64,000 bases of DNA from Escherichia phage 235Ecol030PP: sequence record PP355091.1. One strand, 5' to 3'. Of this stretch, positions 50,474 through 61,880 are shown in pieces (the first letter of the stretch is position 1; the number at the start of each line of letters is the position of its first letter). Below the pieces are notes generated by a model that did not search any database, was not told where the DNA came from, and saw only the letters and a program-made list of their open reading frames with translations. Made by a program: the position numbers and the translations under genes.

Positions 50474-51099
50474 TATAGTAACTCAAAGAACTCTTTGAGA
50501 CCTCTTATTACGTGAGCATGGGTTTTTCCACACTCTGGACATTTAATTGGAACAGCCAAATAAACGGTAGGCTTTAAAAGCATATCTTTTATAGCTACAA
50601 TATCTGACTCTGTGATGATAGAATATAAATCTTCTAGTTCCTTTTCATTTAAGTCTTCAACTGGAATGCTTTCCCCGTTAGCATGAATCGTTTCTATGCA
50701 TGATACTATCATGTGGGCTATATTTTTATCATCAAAAATTTTAGGGTATCGGAATTTAATTTTAATGTCACCCAGTGTATACCAGAGGTCTTCTGGTGCA
50801 TCTATTTGTGTATGTAATAGATTTATATGGGTTGGTATTTCAGTTCCACAGGTGCACTTCCAGGAGTTTTCGTGATTAACTTCGCCGAGAGAATGTGCCC
50901 ATAAATGAATCAGCAGTAGTTCTGATTCTTGGCGGTTTAAATCTTTTGCATTTGTGCAGTCTTTGATTAGCTTTTTAACAATTACTTCTACAGAACCATT
51001 ATTTTTGGCAGTAATAAGTTCTAGATATTCTTTAAGCGTGAATGCGCGACAATTGATTATTTTAGAACCAACTCTCACATCAAATTTGTATTCATACAT
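50473..51099 (-). CDS. 26: gp26 baseplate hub
   Basis: 208 aa, position match. Confidence 0.9.
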   Translation of the reverse strand: MYEYKFDVRVGSKIINCRAFTLKEYLELITAKNNGSVEVIVKKLIKDCTNAKDLNRQESELLLIHLWAHSLGEVNHENSWKCTCGTEIPTHINLLHTQIDAPEDLWYTLGDIKIKFRYPKIFDDKNIAHMIVSCIETIHANGESIPVEDLNEKELEDLYSIITESDIVAIKDMLLKPTVYLAVPIKCPECGKTHAHVIRGLKEFFELL

Positions 51100-51120
51100 A
51101 TTTAGCTCCTTTATTTATCA

Positions 51121-51132
51121 TATTTATAAATA
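51121..51132. promoter_or_regulatory. divergent overlapping late promoters for gene 26 (-) and gene 51 (+)
   Basis: TATTTATAAATA contains TATAAATA on both strands. Confidence 0.6.
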
Positions 51133-51149
51133 GAATAAAAGGAGCATCT

Positions 51150-51899
51150 ATGGCAAACATTATTCGTTGTAAATTACCAGATGGTGTTCATCGTTTTAAA
51201 CCATTTACGGTAGAAGATTATCGAGATTTTTTGTTAGTTCGAAACGATATAGAACATCGGTCACCACAAGAACAAAAAGAAATAATTACTGATTTAATTG
51301 ATGATTATTTTGGAGACTATCCGAAGACTTGGCAACCATTTATATTTTTGCAGGTATTTGTAGGGTCAATAGGTAAAACTAAAGTACCGGTCACATTTAT
51401 ATGTCCAAAATGTAAAAAAGAAAAGACAGTTCCATTTGAAATATATCAAAAAGAATTAAAGGAACCTGTTTTTGATGTAGCTAATGTTAAAATTAAATTA
51501 AAGTTTCCTTCTGAGTTTTATGAAAATAAAGCAAAGATGATTACTGAAAATATTCATTCTGTTCAAGTAGATGAAATTTGGTATGATTGGAAGGAAATTA
51601 GCGAATCAAGTCAAATAGAACTTGTTGATGCCATCGAGATAGAAACATTAGAAAAAATTCTCGATGCAATGAATCCTATTAATTTAACTCTACATATGTC
51701 ATGCTGTAATAAGTATGTAAAAAAATACACTGATATAGTAGATGTGTTTAAGCTATTAGTTAACCCAGATGAGATATTTACTTTTTATCAAATTAATCAC
51801 ACACTCGTAAAAAGTAATTATAGCTTAAATTCAATAATGAAAATGATTCCTGCTGAGCGCGGATTCGTATTAAAACTGATTGAGAAGGATAAACAATAA
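51150..51899 (+). CDS. 51: gp51 baseplate hub assembly catalyst
   Basis: 249 aa, position match. Confidence 0.9.
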   Translation: MANIIRCKLPDGVHRFKPFTVEDYRDFLLVRNDIEHRSPQEQKEIITDLIDDYFGDYPKTWQPFIFLQVFVGSIGKTKVPVTFICPKCKKEKTVPFEIYQKELKEPVFDVANVKIKLKFPSEFYENKAKMITENIHSVQVDEIWYDWKEISESSQIELVDAIEIETLEKILDAMNPINLTLHMSCCNKYVKKYTDIVDVFKLLVNPDEIFTFYQINHTLVKSNYSLNSIMKMIPAERGFVLKLIEKDKQ

Positions 51900-53074
51900 T
51901 GAGTATGTTGCAACGCCCCGGATATCCAAATCTCAGCGTTAAATTATTTGATAGCTACGACGCTTGGAGTAATAATAGATTTGTTGAATTAGCTGCTACT
52001 ATTACCACATTAACTATGCGGGATTCTCTTTATGGCCGAAATGAAGGAATGCTGCAGTTTTATGATTCTAAAAACATCCATACAAAAATGGATGGAAATG
52101 AAATAATTCAGATTTCTGTAGCTAATGCAAATGATATTAATAATGTTAAAACACGAATTTATGGATGTAAGCATTTTTCCGTGTCAGTAGATTCAAAAGG
52201 TGATAACATCATTGCTATTGAATTGGGAACTATTCATTCTATAGAAAATCTTAAATTTGGTAGACCATTTTTCCCTGATGCAGGTGAATCTATAAAAGAA
52301 ATGCTTGGCGTCATTTATCAAGACCGCACATTATTAACTCCAGCAATAAATGCTATAAATGCTTATGTTCCTGATATTCCATGGACTAGTACATTTGAAA
52401 ATTATTTGTCCTATGTAAGAGAAGTTGCTCTAGCTGTAGGAAGTGACAAATTTGTATTTGTATGGCAAGACATCATGGGAGTTAACATGATGGACTATGA
52501 TATGATGATAAATCAAGAACCATATCCAATGATTGTCGGTGAGCCATCTTTAATAGGTCAATTTGTCCAAGAATTAAAATACCCATTAGCATATGATTTC
52601 GTTTGGTTGACTAAATCGAATCCTCACAAACGTGACCCAATGAAAAATGCTACTATCTATGCTCATTCATTTTTAGATTCTTCATTGCCAATGATTACTA
52701 CGGGAAAGGGCGAAAACTCTATTGTAGTGTCAAGGTCAGGTGCTTATTCTGAAATGACTTATAGGAATGGATATGAAGAAGCTATTCGTCTTCAAACTAT
52801 GGCACAATATGACGGTTATGCTAAATGTTCTACTGTCGGTAATTTTAACTTGACTCCTGGTGTTAAAATTATTTTTAATGATAGTAAAAACCAATTTAAA
52901 ACAGAATTTTACGTTGATGAAGTTATCCATGAATTATCCAATAATAATTCAGTAACTCATCTATATATGTTCACTAATGCAACGAAACTGGAAACAATAG
53001 ACCCAGTTAAGGTTAAAAATGAATTTAAATCTGATACTACCACTGAAGAAAGTAGTTCTTCCAATAAGCAATAA
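51899..53074 (+). CDS. 27: gp27 baseplate hub
   Basis: 391 aa, position match. Confidence 0.93.
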   Translation: MSMLQRPGYPNLSVKLFDSYDAWSNNRFVELAATITTLTMRDSLYGRNEGMLQFYDSKNIHTKMDGNEIIQISVANANDINNVKTRIYGCKHFSVSVDSKGDNIIAIELGTIHSIENLKFGRPFFPDAGESIKEMLGVIYQDRTLLTPAINAINAYVPDIPWTSTFENYLSYVREVALAVGSDKFVFVWQDIMGVNMMDYDMMINQEPYPMIVGEPSLIGQFVQELKYPLAYDFVWLTKSNPHKRDPMKNATIYAHSFLDSSLPMITTGKGENSIVVSRSGAYSEMTYRNGYEEAIRLQTMAQYDGYAKCSTVGNFNLTPGVKIIFNDSKNQFKTEFYVDEVIHELSNNNSVTHLYMFTNATKLETIDPVKVKNEFKSDTTTEESSSSNKQ

Positions 53075-53552
53075 AGAAGTTTCTATTCCTAAAATGGGTC
53101 TTAAACATTATAACATTTTAAAGGATGTTAAAGGTCCTGATGAAAATTTAAAACTTCTTATTGATTCTATATGTCCGAATTTGTCACCAGCAGAAGTTGA
53201 TTTCGTTTCTATTCATTTATTGGAATTTAATGGAAAGATTAAATCTCGTAAAGAAATAGATGGCTATACTTATGACATTAATGATGTTTATGTATGCCAA
53301 AGATTGGAATTTCAATACCAAGGAAATACATTTTATTTTAGACCTCCTGGAAAATTTGAACAATTTTTAACGGTGAGCGATATGTTATCTAAATGCTTGC
53401 TTAAGGTCAACGATGAAGTTAAAGAAATTAATTTTCTTGAGATGCCAGCATTCGTTTTAAAATGGGCAAATGATATTTTTACAACTTTAGCAATTCCTGG
53501 CCCTAATGGTCCAATAACTGGAATTGGCAATATTATTGGATTATTTGAATGA
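53019..53552 (+). CDS. 28: gp28 baseplate hub distal subunit
   Basis: 177 aa, overlaps end of gene 27. Confidence 0.85.
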   Translation: MNLNLILPLKKVVLPISNKEVSIPKMGLKHYNILKDVKGPDENLKLLIDSICPNLSPAEVDFVSIHLLEFNGKIKSRKEIDGYTYDINDVYVCQRLEFQYQGNTFYFRPPGKFEQFLTVSDMLSKCLLKVNDEVKEINFLEMPAFVLKWANDIFTTLAIPGPNGPITGIGNIIGLFE

Positions 53553-55321
53553 AAAAGCCACAAGAAATGCAAACGATGCGTAGAAAAGTTATTTCAGATA
53601 ATAAACCAACACAGGAAGCGGCTAAATCCGCTTCCAATACTTTATCTGGACTTAATGATATATCTACGAAATTGGATGATGCTCAAGCTGCTTCTGAATT
53701 AATAGCTCAAACTGTCGAAGAAAAATCGAATGAAATAGTTGGAGCAATTGGTAACGTAGAAAGCGCAGTGAGTGATACTACTGCCGGTTCTGAGTTAATT
53801 GCTGAAACTGTCGAAATTGGCAATAATATTAATAAAGAAATCGGTGAATCACTCGGAAGCAAATTAGATAAATTAACGAGTTTATTAGAACAAAAAATTC
53901 AGACAGCTGGAATTCAACAAACAGGAACCAGTTTAGCCACAGTTGAAAGCGCTATTCCTGTTAAAGTCGTTGAGGATGATACTGCTGAATCTGTGGGTCC
54001 TTTATTACCGGCTCCCGAAGCAGTTAATAATGATCCTGACGCTGATTTTTTCCCTACCCCTCAACCAGTTGAACCCAAACAAGAATCGCCAGAAGAAAAA
54101 CAGAAAAAAGAAGCATTTAACTTAAAATTATCTCAAGCTTTAGATAAATTAACAAAGACTGTTGATTTTGGATTTAAGAAATCCATTTCAATTAGTGATA
54201 AAATATCAAGCATGTTATTTAAGTACACCATAAGTGCTGCTATTGAAGCTGCTAAAATGACTGCAATGATATTGGCTGTTGTTGTTGGAATAGACCTTTT
54301 GATGGTTCATTTTAAATACTGGTCAGATAAATTTTCAAAAGCCTGGGATTTATTTAATACTGACTTTACTAAATTCTCTAGCGAAACCGGAACATGGGGT
54401 CCTTTATTACAGAGCATCTTTAGTTCTATTGATGAAATTAAAAAATTCTGGGAAGCGGGAGATTGGGGTGGATTGACAGTAGCTATTGTTGAAGGGCTTG
54501 GAAAGGTTCTTTATAATTTAGGAGAACTTATTCAATTAGGTATGGCTAAATTATCTGCTGCAATTCTTCGAGTCATTCCTGGCATGAAGGATACTGCTGA
54601 TGAAGTAGAAGGAAGAGCACTAGAAAATTTCCAAAATTCTACTGGAGCATCTCTCAATAAAGAAGACCAGGAAAAAGTTGCAAATTATCAAGATAAACGA
54701 ATGAACGGAGACCTTGGTCCGATAGCAAAAGGATTAGATAAAATTGCTAATTGGAAAACTCGTGCATCTAATTGGATTCGTGGTGTAGATAATAAAGAAG
54801 CACTAACTACCGACGAAGAGCGTGCAGCAGAAGAAGAAAAATTAAAGCAGCTTTCACCGGAAGAAAGAAAAAATGCTTTAATGAAGGCTAATGAAGCCCG
54901 TGCCGCAATGATTCGCTTTGAAAAATATGCTGATTCAGCTGATATGAGTAAAGACTCAACGGTTAAATCAGTTGAAACTGCCTATGAAGACCTTAAAAAA
55001 CGGATGGATGACCCGGATTTAAACAATTCACCGGCAGTTAAAAAAGAACTTGCTGCTAGATTTTCTAAAATTGATGCTACTTATCAAGAGCTCAAGAAAA
55101 ATCAGCCTAATGCCAAACCTGAAACTTCTGCTAAATCGCCAGAAGCGAAACAGGTCCAGGTTATTGAAAAGAACAAAGCACAGCAAGCTCCTGTTCAGCA
55201 AGCATCTCCTTCAATCAATAATACTAATAATGTTATTAAGAAAAATACTGTCGTTCATAATATGACACCCGTAACGAGCACAACTGCTCCTGGTGTATTT
55301 GGCGCGACTGGAGTTAATTAA
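53549..55321 (+). CDS. 29: gp29 tail tape measure
   Basis: 590 aa, position match. Confidence 0.9.
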   Translation: MKKPQEMQTMRRKVISDNKPTQEAAKSASNTLSGLNDISTKLDDAQAASELIAQTVEEKSNEIVGAIGNVESAVSDTTAGSELIAETVEIGNNINKEIGESLGSKLDKLTSLLEQKIQTAGIQQTGTSLATVESAIPVKVVEDDTAESVGPLLPAPEAVNNDPDADFFPTPQPVEPKQESPEEKQKKEAFNLKLSQALDKLTKTVDFGFKKSISISDKISSMLFKYTISAAIEAAKMTAMILAVVVGIDLLMVHFKYWSDKFSKAWDLFNTDFTKFSSETGTWGPLLQSIFSSIDEIKKFWEAGDWGGLTVAIVEGLGKVLYNLGELIQLGMAKLSAAILRVIPGMKDTADEVEGRALENFQNSTGASLNKEDQEKVANYQDKRMNGDLGPIAKGLDKIANWKTRASNWIRGVDNKEALTTDEERAAEEEKLKQLSPEERKNALMKANEARAAMIRFEKYADSADMSKDSTVKSVETAYEDLKKRMDDPDLNNSPAVKKELAARFSKIDATYQELKKNQPNAKPETSAKSPEAKQVQVIEKNKAQQAPVQQASPSINNTNNVIKKNTVVHNMTPVTSTTAPGVFGATGVN

Positions 55322-55329
55322 GGAATAAT

Positions 55330-56424
55330 ATGGCAATTGTTAAAGAAATAACTGCTGATTTAATTAAAAAGTCCGGTGAGAAAATTTCAGCTGGACAGAG
55401 TACTAAATCAGAAGTAGGAACTAAAACATACACAGCCCAGTTTCCAACTGGGCGTGCTAGTGGTAATGACACTACAGGGGACTTCCAGGTAACAGATCTA
55501 TATAAGAATGGATTATTATTTACTGCATACAATATGTCATCTAGGGATTCTGGAAGTCTTAGATCGATGAGATCTAACTACTCTTCTTCATCTTCGAGTA
55601 TTTTACGTACAGCCAAAAACACTATTAGTAGTACAGTATCAAAACTATCAAATGGATTAATATCAAATAATAATTCAGGAACAATAAGTAAAGCTCCTAT
55701 CGCAAACATTCTTTTACCGAGATCTAAATCTGATGTTGATACATCAACACATAGATTTAATGATGTTCAAGAAAGCCTTATCAGTAGAGGCGGAGGTACT
55801 GCTACTGGTGTGCTAAGTAATATTGCTTCAACCGCAGTATTTGGGGCACTGGAAAGTATAACACAAGGTATAATGGCTGATAATAATGAACAGATTTATA
55901 CGACAGCCAGAAGTATGTATGGTGGTGCTGAAAATAGAACTAAAGTGTTTACATGGGATTTAACTCCACGTTCAACAGAAGATTTAATGGCTATTATTAA
56001 TATCTATCAATATTTTAACTATTTTTCTTACGGTGAAACGGGTAAATCTCAATATGCTGCTGAAATAAAGGGGTATTTAGATGATTGGTATCGTTCTACG
56101 TTAATTGAACCTTTATCTCCGGAAGACGCAGCTAAAAATAAAACACTATTTGAGAAAATGACATCGAGTTTAACTAACGTTCTAGTAGTTTCAAACCCGA
56201 CAGTTTGGATGGTGAAAAACTTTGGCGCAACATCTAAGTTTGATGGAAAAACGGAAATATTTGGTCCATGCCAAATACAGAGCATCAGATTTGATAAAAC
56301 ACCTAATGGTAACTTTAACGGATTAGCTATTGCTCCAAACCTCCCTAGTACATTTACTCTCGAGATTACTATGAGAGAAATTATCACGTTAAACCGTGCT
56401 TCTTTATATGCGGGGACTTTTTAA
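55330..56424 (+). CDS. 48: gp48 baseplate tail-tube junction
   Basis: 364 aa, position match. Confidence 0.9.
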   Translation: MAIVKEITADLIKKSGEKISAGQSTKSEVGTKTYTAQFPTGRASGNDTTGDFQVTDLYKNGLLFTAYNMSSRDSGSLRSMRSNYSSSSSSILRTAKNTISSTVSKLSNGLISNNNSGTISKAPIANILLPRSKSDVDTSTHRFNDVQESLISRGGGTATGVLSNIASTAVFGALESITQGIMADNNEQIYTTARSMYGGAENRTKVFTWDLTPRSTEDLMAIINIYQYFNYFSYGETGKSQYAAEIKGYLDDWYRSTLIEPLSPEDAAKNKTLFEKMTSSLTNVLVVSNPTVWMVKNFGATSKFDGKTEIFGPCQIQSIRFDKTPNGNFNGLAIAPNLPSTFTLEITMREIITLNRASLYAGTF

Positions 56425-57389
56425 TGTATTCTTTAGAGGAATTTAATAATCAAGCAATAAACGCAGATTTCCAACGTAATAATATGTTTAGCTGCGTTTT
56501 TGCAACAACTCCATCAACTAAAAGCTCTTCGTTGATAAGTTCAATTAGCAACTTTTCTTATAATAACTTGGGCCTAAATTCAAATTGGTTAGGATTAACT
56601 CAAGGTGATATTAATCAGGGAATTACCACGCTAATTACAGCTGGCACACAAAAACTGATAAGAAAATCAAGGGTTAGTAAATATCTTATTGGTGCCATGA
56701 GTCAACGCACAGTTCAAAGTTTATTAGGCTCATTTACAGTTGGTACATATTTAATTGACTTCTTTAACATGGCATATAACTCATCTGGATTGATGATATA
56801 CTCTGTAAAAATGCCAGAGAATAGATTATCCTATGAAACTGACTGGAACTATAATTCTCCTAATATTCGTATAACTGGGAGAGAATTAGACCCTTTGGTT
56901 ATTTCATTTAGAATGGATTCAGAAGCTTGTAACTATCGTGCAATGCAAGACTGGGTTAACGCTGTTCAAGACCCAGTAACTGGACTGCGTGCTTTGCCAC
57001 AAGATGTCGAGGCAGATATTCAGGTTAATCTTCATTCTCGTAATGGATTGCCTCATACTGCGGTGATGTTCACCGGATGCATTCCAATATCAGTGAGCGC
57101 TCCTGAGCTATCATATGATGGAGATAACCAAATAACTACATTTGATGTTACTTTTGCGTACAGAGTGATGCAGGCTGGAGCAGTTGATAGGCAAGCTGCG
57201 CTTGAATGGCTTGAATCTGCTGCTATAAATGGTATTCAAAGCGTTCTCGGAAATAGTGGAGGTGTTACTGGACTATCTAATTCGCTTTCACGACTCAGTA
57301 GATTAGGTGGAACTGCAGGAAGCATTTCAAACATTAATACTATGACAGGAATTGTCAATTCGCAAAGTAAAATATTAGGAGCAATATAA
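56424..57389 (+). CDS. 54: gp54 baseplate tail-tube initiator
   Basis: 321 aa, position match. Confidence 0.9.
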   Translation: MYSLEEFNNQAINADFQRNNMFSCVFATTPSTKSSSLISSISNFSYNNLGLNSNWLGLTQGDINQGITTLITAGTQKLIRKSRVSKYLIGAMSQRTVQSLLGSFTVGTYLIDFFNMAYNSSGLMIYSVKMPENRLSYETDWNYNSPNIRITGRELDPLVISFRMDSEACNYRAMQDWVNAVQDPVTGLRALPQDVEADIQVNLHSRNGLPHTAVMFTGCIPISVSAPELSYDGDNQITTFDVTFAYRVMQAGAVDRQAALEWLESAAINGIQSVLGNSGGVTGLSNSLSRLSRLGGTAGSISNINTMTGIVNSQSKILGAI

Positions 57390-57393
57390 CAAT

Positions 57394-57411
57394 GGGGACC
57401 TTTCGGTCCCC
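57394..57411. terminator. bidirectional terminator between gene 54 (+) and the 57418..57708 gene (-)
   Basis: GGGGACC-TTTC-GGTCCCC followed by T-rich tract. Confidence 0.65.
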
Positions 57412-57417
57412 ATATTT

Positions 57418-57708
57418 TTATTTACGGAATGAAATGAAAGCAGCAACTGAAGCAACTAAACTGTCTTCAATATAAACTTCAATTTTTACCGGAGCTTCTG
57501 ACTCAAATTTACCTGTTACTACACCCTGAAAAATACTTTCAGTCTGTTCTGGCTTTGAAAAATTTTCAGAAGGAAAAATTCCAAACTTTTTATCTGTTCC
57601 GAAAATTTTGATAAATTCATCATAAACCGCTTCGTTAAAAGCATTATCAGCAGGAATAACGCCTTCAACTACAAGTTCTTGACCTAAAAAGCGTAAAGAA
57701 GATTTCAT
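57418..57708 (-). CDS. hypothetical protein (alt.-3-like)
   Basis: 96 aa, ATG 57708 with AGGAAC RBS. Confidence 0.6.
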   Translation of the reverse strand: MKSSLRFLGQELVVEGVIPADNAFNEAVYDEFIKIFGTDKKFGIFPSENFSKPEQTESIFQGVVTGKFESEAPVKIEVYIEDSLVASVAAFISFRK

Positions 57709-57739
57709 TTTGTGTTCCTCATGTTATGTCAGTAAGACT

Positions 57740-57769
57740 ACTATAACACAACACGAGGGACTTGTAAAC
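57740..57769 (-). promoter_or_regulatory. early sigma70-type promoter
   Basis: minus strand GTTTAC (fwd 57764-57769), 18-nt spacer, TATAGT (fwd 57740-57745). Confidence 0.4.
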
Positions 57770-57939
57770 TACATTTTGAACTTTTTAGTACGCGTAATAG
57801 GCATGCGTCGATTTTATACTGTTTCATTGTTTGAAGAGCAGTATCAAAACAGCATTAATGACACCAATTGGATTTCCACCCAAGTTTTTAAGCTTAACTA
57901 ATGATAGTTTCTCATTAACACCTATCATTACGATATGCA

Positions 57940-58125
57940 TCATTTTGTCGCCTGGTTTAACGTTTTATCTGTATCACCGCCAGAGGTGTATGTACAAAAT
58001 CTAAATCCAGGAAGCACGCTTTCTTCGCCGGCTTGAATAGCAAAAATTTGAGGTATTTTATGCTTAGGATTTAAGTTAACAACCGGCGCCGAAGCGCCGT
58101 CAAATAATTATGTAATAAGTTCCAT
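57940..58125 (-). pseudogene. decayed partial duplicate of the alt 5' end
   Basis: minus strand reads ATG GAA CTT ATT ACA TAA then in frame LFDGASAPVVNLNPKHKIPQIFAIQAGEESVLPGFRFCTYTSGGDTDKTLNQATK stop; alignable with alt codons 1-65. Confidence 0.6.
58084..58099 (-). terminator. GC stem-loop downstream of alt, inside the alt-remnant
   Basis: CGGCGC-CGAA-GCGCCG; no U-tract. Confidence 0.35.
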
Positions 58126-58128
58126 GAT

Positions 58129-60177
58129 TTATCCTTGAACGAACTTGTAAGGCATGTTTGCAATATCTATGCAAGACGCAATAATTCCAAGAGATGATTC
58201 TACTTTCTGTTTAACATTTGATGAAACAAATGATGCAAAGTCAACTCTATCTTCTATATCACCTGTCATTGTAACCAATTCACCAGTTTCCATTAAATGG
58301 TCTCCGTCATAGATTACCGATTCGGTGAGTTCTTCTGTGGTCATAACTTCAGCTTGAATAAGCTTGTTGTTAGTTCTAACTGTTCCATCGTTGTAAGATG
58401 CATCGGTTATTTTATTAACTTTGACCATTAATCCACGTGGCAAAATGACTTCCATTTCATTTGAAGGCGCTAAACTTCCACCGGGTAAAACAACATTGAC
58501 CTTATCAGCCCCAGTAATAACCCATCCAATTCCAACTAAATTATCGCTAGAATTTACTAGTCCTTCATCAGTTTTATCAATAGAAACACTTAGACGCTTT
58601 TCGTCTGGTAAAACACCTATAGATGAATCAGTCATCCAAGTACCAAAAATATTTGGATATAATGATGTTGACACAAAGTTTCTAAAATAAAAAACTCGAT
58701 TTTTTACCATTGCTTCATATATTGAAGGTAACATTCGTTGTGAACGATACAAAGTAATACCTTTTGGTAATCGTTCACCATTTTTAAAGGCTGAATCTAA
58801 ATTATCAATGGCTTGTTCTATTTCAGGTGCTGTTAAAATACTTGTACGCTCATCTGGATTATATAATCCCAAAAGAGCATTATTTATGTCTACATATCCT
58901 GAACCTACATATTCACGAATTCCGCGTTTTTGCGCTGGCGTGTATTTAGATGAATCTTTATTTTCGACTATAGGATGTAATGACCATCCAGCGGTAAGAG
59001 CATATCCACGTAATTCTCTTCGAATAATCTTTGTTTTTATTGCATTCCAAGAATTTTGTACTAACTCATTTGCAGCATCTTGGTTTAAATGCGAATGTCT
59101 GTTAATATTTCTTTCAAACCAGGCACCTTTATATTTTTCTAAAGTATCATCGACGATAGAAGCAATAGTTTCTAAAGTTTTTATTGAAGTAATAGATTCT
59201 TTTCGTAATTTTTCTAAAGCTTTATTTTTTATTTCTGCATTAATAATGGATTCTTTATCTTCAGGAATTATAGAAGCTTCTCTGAATGCCATCCCAGCTG
59301 TAACACTGCTAAGAGCATTCTCTAGTGCAAATCCTGAAGTAGAAATTACCGTTAATTCATTAGAATCAGAAATTAAAGGCGCGTCCGCTGGTTTATTTAA
59401 TTCTGCCGCTGAAGCCTCAAATTTTTGAAACATCGGTGTTTCAAATCTAGAAGATTCCAATGACTGACTTTGTGCAATTGCTCTACGGGAAATTTTAACT
59501 TTAACGATTACAGCTTGGTCAGAACGTTTATCATTTTCTTGCGCAATAGATGCTGCAATTGCCTCATTTTTAGTTACTTGGGCTCCAGTATCTTTATTGA
59601 TATAAACATCACCGACCTTCGATTCAACTTTAGTAAAGAGCTCGGTACTAATTTCCGGAACTCCTGGAATGTCTTCTAGTGATACATTTTTGCGATGTAT
59701 AAGAATATATGCATACTTTTTATCATAATCCCAGAGTTCCTTAAGAAGGACGTATCTGCCACCTGAACGACTACGGATAAGTCTATCAGCAATAACTTGA
59801 ATTTGTCGAGCTTGACCAGCGGTTTTAGACTTAAGAATACGAAGCATACAGGCATCAATTTTATACTGACGCATCGTTTGCATTGCAACAGTAAAAACTG
59901 AATTGATATAATTAATTGGGCTTGGACCAAGACCTTTCAATTTAGCAATTGAACCTTTAGCGGTTAATGTAAAAGGAACAATATGCATCATTTTATCGCC
60001 CATCTTTAAATCACGATTAGTATCACCTCCAGATGTATAGGTACATAAACGAAAGCCTGGTTGTTCAATTGCGTCATCAACATGAACTGAAAAAATTTGC
60101 GGTATTTTCTTCTTTGGATTTAAGTTTGTAATCGGAAGAGTAGTATCTTCGTCAAATAATTCTGTAATTAGTTCCAT
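58129..60177 (-). CDS. alt: Alt ADP-ribosyltransferase (packaged, injected)
   Basis: 682 aa from second Met (MELITELFDEDTTLPITNL...); track ORF starts one codon earlier at 60180. Confidence 0.93.
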   Translation of the reverse strand: MELITELFDEDTTLPITNLNPKKKIPQIFSVHVDDAIEQPGFRLCTYTSGGDTNRDLKMGDKMMHIVPFTLTAKGSIAKLKGLGPSPINYINSVFTVAMQTMRQYKIDACMLRILKSKTAGQARQIQVIADRLIRSRSGGRYVLLKELWDYDKKYAYILIHRKNVSLEDIPGVPEISTELFTKVESKVGDVYINKDTGAQVTKNEAIAASIAQENDKRSDQAVIVKVKISRRAIAQSQSLESSRFETPMFQKFEASAAELNKPADAPLISDSNELTVISTSGFALENALSSVTAGMAFREASIIPEDKESIINAEIKNKALEKLRKESITSIKTLETIASIVDDTLEKYKGAWFERNINRHSHLNQDAANELVQNSWNAIKTKIIRRELRGYALTAGWSLHPIVENKDSSKYTPAQKRGIREYVGSGYVDINNALLGLYNPDERTSILTAPEIEQAIDNLDSAFKNGERLPKGITLYRSQRMLPSIYEAMVKNRVFYFRNFVSTSLYPNIFGTWMTDSSIGVLPDEKRLSVSIDKTDEGLVNSSDNLVGIGWVITGADKVNVVLPGGSLAPSNEMEVILPRGLMVKVNKITDASYNDGTVRTNNKLIQAEVMTTEELTESVIYDGDHLMETGELVTMTGDIEDRVDFASFVSSNVKQKVESSLGIIASCIDIANMPYKFVQG

Positions 60178-60202
60178 CATATCCTCTCTAGTGTGTTTAT
60201 TC

Positions 60203-60210
60203 TATTTATA
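60203..60210 (-). promoter_or_regulatory. late promoter TATAAATA upstream of alt
   Basis: fwd TATTTATA, about 26 nt upstream of alt ATG. Confidence 0.6.
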
Positions 60211-60218
60211 AAATTAAA

Positions 60219-60230
60219 GGCCCGAAGGCC
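60219..60230 (-). terminator. rho-independent terminator after the 60232..60420 gene
   Basis: minus RNA GGCC-UUCG-GGCC followed by UUUAAUUUU. Confidence 0.6.
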
Positions 60231-60231
60231 T

Positions 60232-60420
60232 TTAGTAATCTAGCGGTAAGAGAGTACGATATATTTCAAACTTTGGTCCTTTTTCATAGGCATCAAATGT
60301 TTCTGTGAATTTATTATAAGCGTATGCATCTACAAATTCGAGAATGACTTGTGATACAGAAGTAGAAACATCTCCACCTTCTTTTTGAGCAATGACAATT
60401 GTTTCTAAGTAAGCTTTCAT
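60232..60420 (-). CDS. hypothetical 62-aa protein between ligase and alt
   Basis: ATG 60420 overlaps ligase stop (ATGA). Confidence 0.6.
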   Translation of the reverse strand: MKAYLETIVIAQKEGGDVSTSVSQVILEFVDAYAYNKFTETFDAYEKGPKFEIYRTLLPLDY

Positions 60421-61880
60421 AGACCAGTTACCTCATGAAAATCACCAAATACATCTTCGAATGTATTAGCTTTAGTTTTATCTTCGCGTAAACGAATCGC
60501 AATCGGAAGAAATAATTTAACGTAATCAGTGCGGCCATCAGATTTTAACCAACCGTTGCATTCGCACTCTAGAATTTTTCCAATATAATAATTTTGGTTT
60601 TCCATAATGCGAGTACGGTCAAGTTCATGCGATTTTACACCGGCTTTATCTTTTAAGCCTGAACCAGCATTTACCTTAATTTTTCCACACTCTGACTCAA
60701 GAATAAATCCACCTGCTTTAGTAGGGTCTTTACGGTGAGGATAAATTCCTACAATTTTTAAATCAACATCAATTACTTCTTTAAATTTATAGAGATTTTT
60801 TGAACGAGCATTTTCCCATAATCCATCGATATTTTTGAGAATAATACCTTCAAGACCTTGGTCAATATACTTTTTATAAATTACCTTAGCTTCATCTAGG
60901 TTATTTACTACCTGGTTTTCAATTAAAATTACTTTATCATAGCCTGATGTCATTTGTTCTAGTTTAGAAAAACGTACATCATACTTTAAACGAAATGCAG
61001 GAAGACCATATATTTCTACTAATGGAACATAATCCCAGACCTGAAACTTCATGCATTGTGCTTCTTTTTCAGAAATGGTTCCCTTTAAAGATTTATTAGC
61101 GATTCCATTAGAAGTAGTACGTGATTCAGCTACTTCGGCGAATTCTTTGGCTTTACTAATTTCAGGATAAGCATCAAAAAGAAAATCTAGGCCTTCTGGC
61201 TCCTTTTTAACTTGCTCATGGTATACCAATTCGCCATCAATTAACACGCCTTCTGGATGAATCTGGCGGGCTTCAGTGGTCATTTTGATTAATTCTTCCT
61301 TAAGAAGATCTAATCCTAGATATTCATTACCGGCTCGTGATAAAAGACGAACATCATCTAATTCATCACCTCTGACTTCGGCAAAGCACCGAGCCCCATC
61401 AGCTTTTAACTGAGCAAAGGCTGGAAATTTGATATTCTTATTAATGCCTTTTTCATCATAAGAACTTGCAAGCATTTGAGGTTGTTCAGGAATTAAACCT
61501 GGCCAAACTTTGTTTGCAATAGATACTGAAGCACCACATTCAAGGTCTCGCATCATCACTCGACGCAAAACTTCAACATCATCTTTTTTACCGTCAGTAA
61601 TATATCCAGTTAATTCCTCAATTGCCACATTTCCAGTCAATTTCCGAGTAGCTAATGTGAATTCAATGAAGTCAAGCATATCGGTAAGAGTCAACATTCC
61701 AAAACTCTGGGTAGCAATACCAGGTTTAGGCCATTTCTTGATATAATACTGCAACCCACGAGAATAAGTCAGACGATATACTCGTTTAAGCAATTCATTA
61801 TCTTTATTCTTTTCAAGAATTGCTTGCTTCTGCTTAGTTGAACCAATAGATGCTATTTCGTTCAGAATTTTAAGAATCAT
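60417..61880 (-). CDS. 30: ATP-dependent DNA ligase, gene 30
   Basis: 487 aa MILKILNEIASIGSTKQKQAILEKNKDNELLKRVY...; adenylation lysine motif KADGAR. Confidence 0.97.
   Translation of the reverse strand: MILKILNEIASIGSTKQKQAILEKNKDNELLKRVYRLTYSRGLQYYIKKWPKPGIATQSFGMLTLTDMLDFIEFTLATRKLTGNVAIEELTGYITDGKKDDVEVLRRVMMRDLECGASVSIANKVWPGLIPEQPQMLASSYDEKGINKNIKFPAFAQLKADGARCFAEVRGDELDDVRLLSRAGNEYLGLDLLKEELIKMTTEARQIHPEGVLIDGELVYHEQVKKEPEGLDFLFDAYPEISKAKEFAEVAESRTTSNGIANKSLKGTISEKEAQCMKFQVWDYVPLVEIYGLPAFRLKYDVRFSKLEQMTSGYDKVILIENQVVNNLDEAKVIYKKYIDQGLEGIILKNIDGLWENARSKNLYKFKEVIDVDLKIVGIYPHRKDPTKAGGFILESECGKIKVNAGSGLKDKAGVKSHELDRTRIMENQNYYIGKILECECNGWLKSDGRTDYVKLFLPIAIRLREDKTKANTFEDVFGDFHEVTGL

Noticed and set aside
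58808-59428. 206-aa plus-strand ORF
   Set aside because: Antisense to alt, which is strongly supported by sequence.
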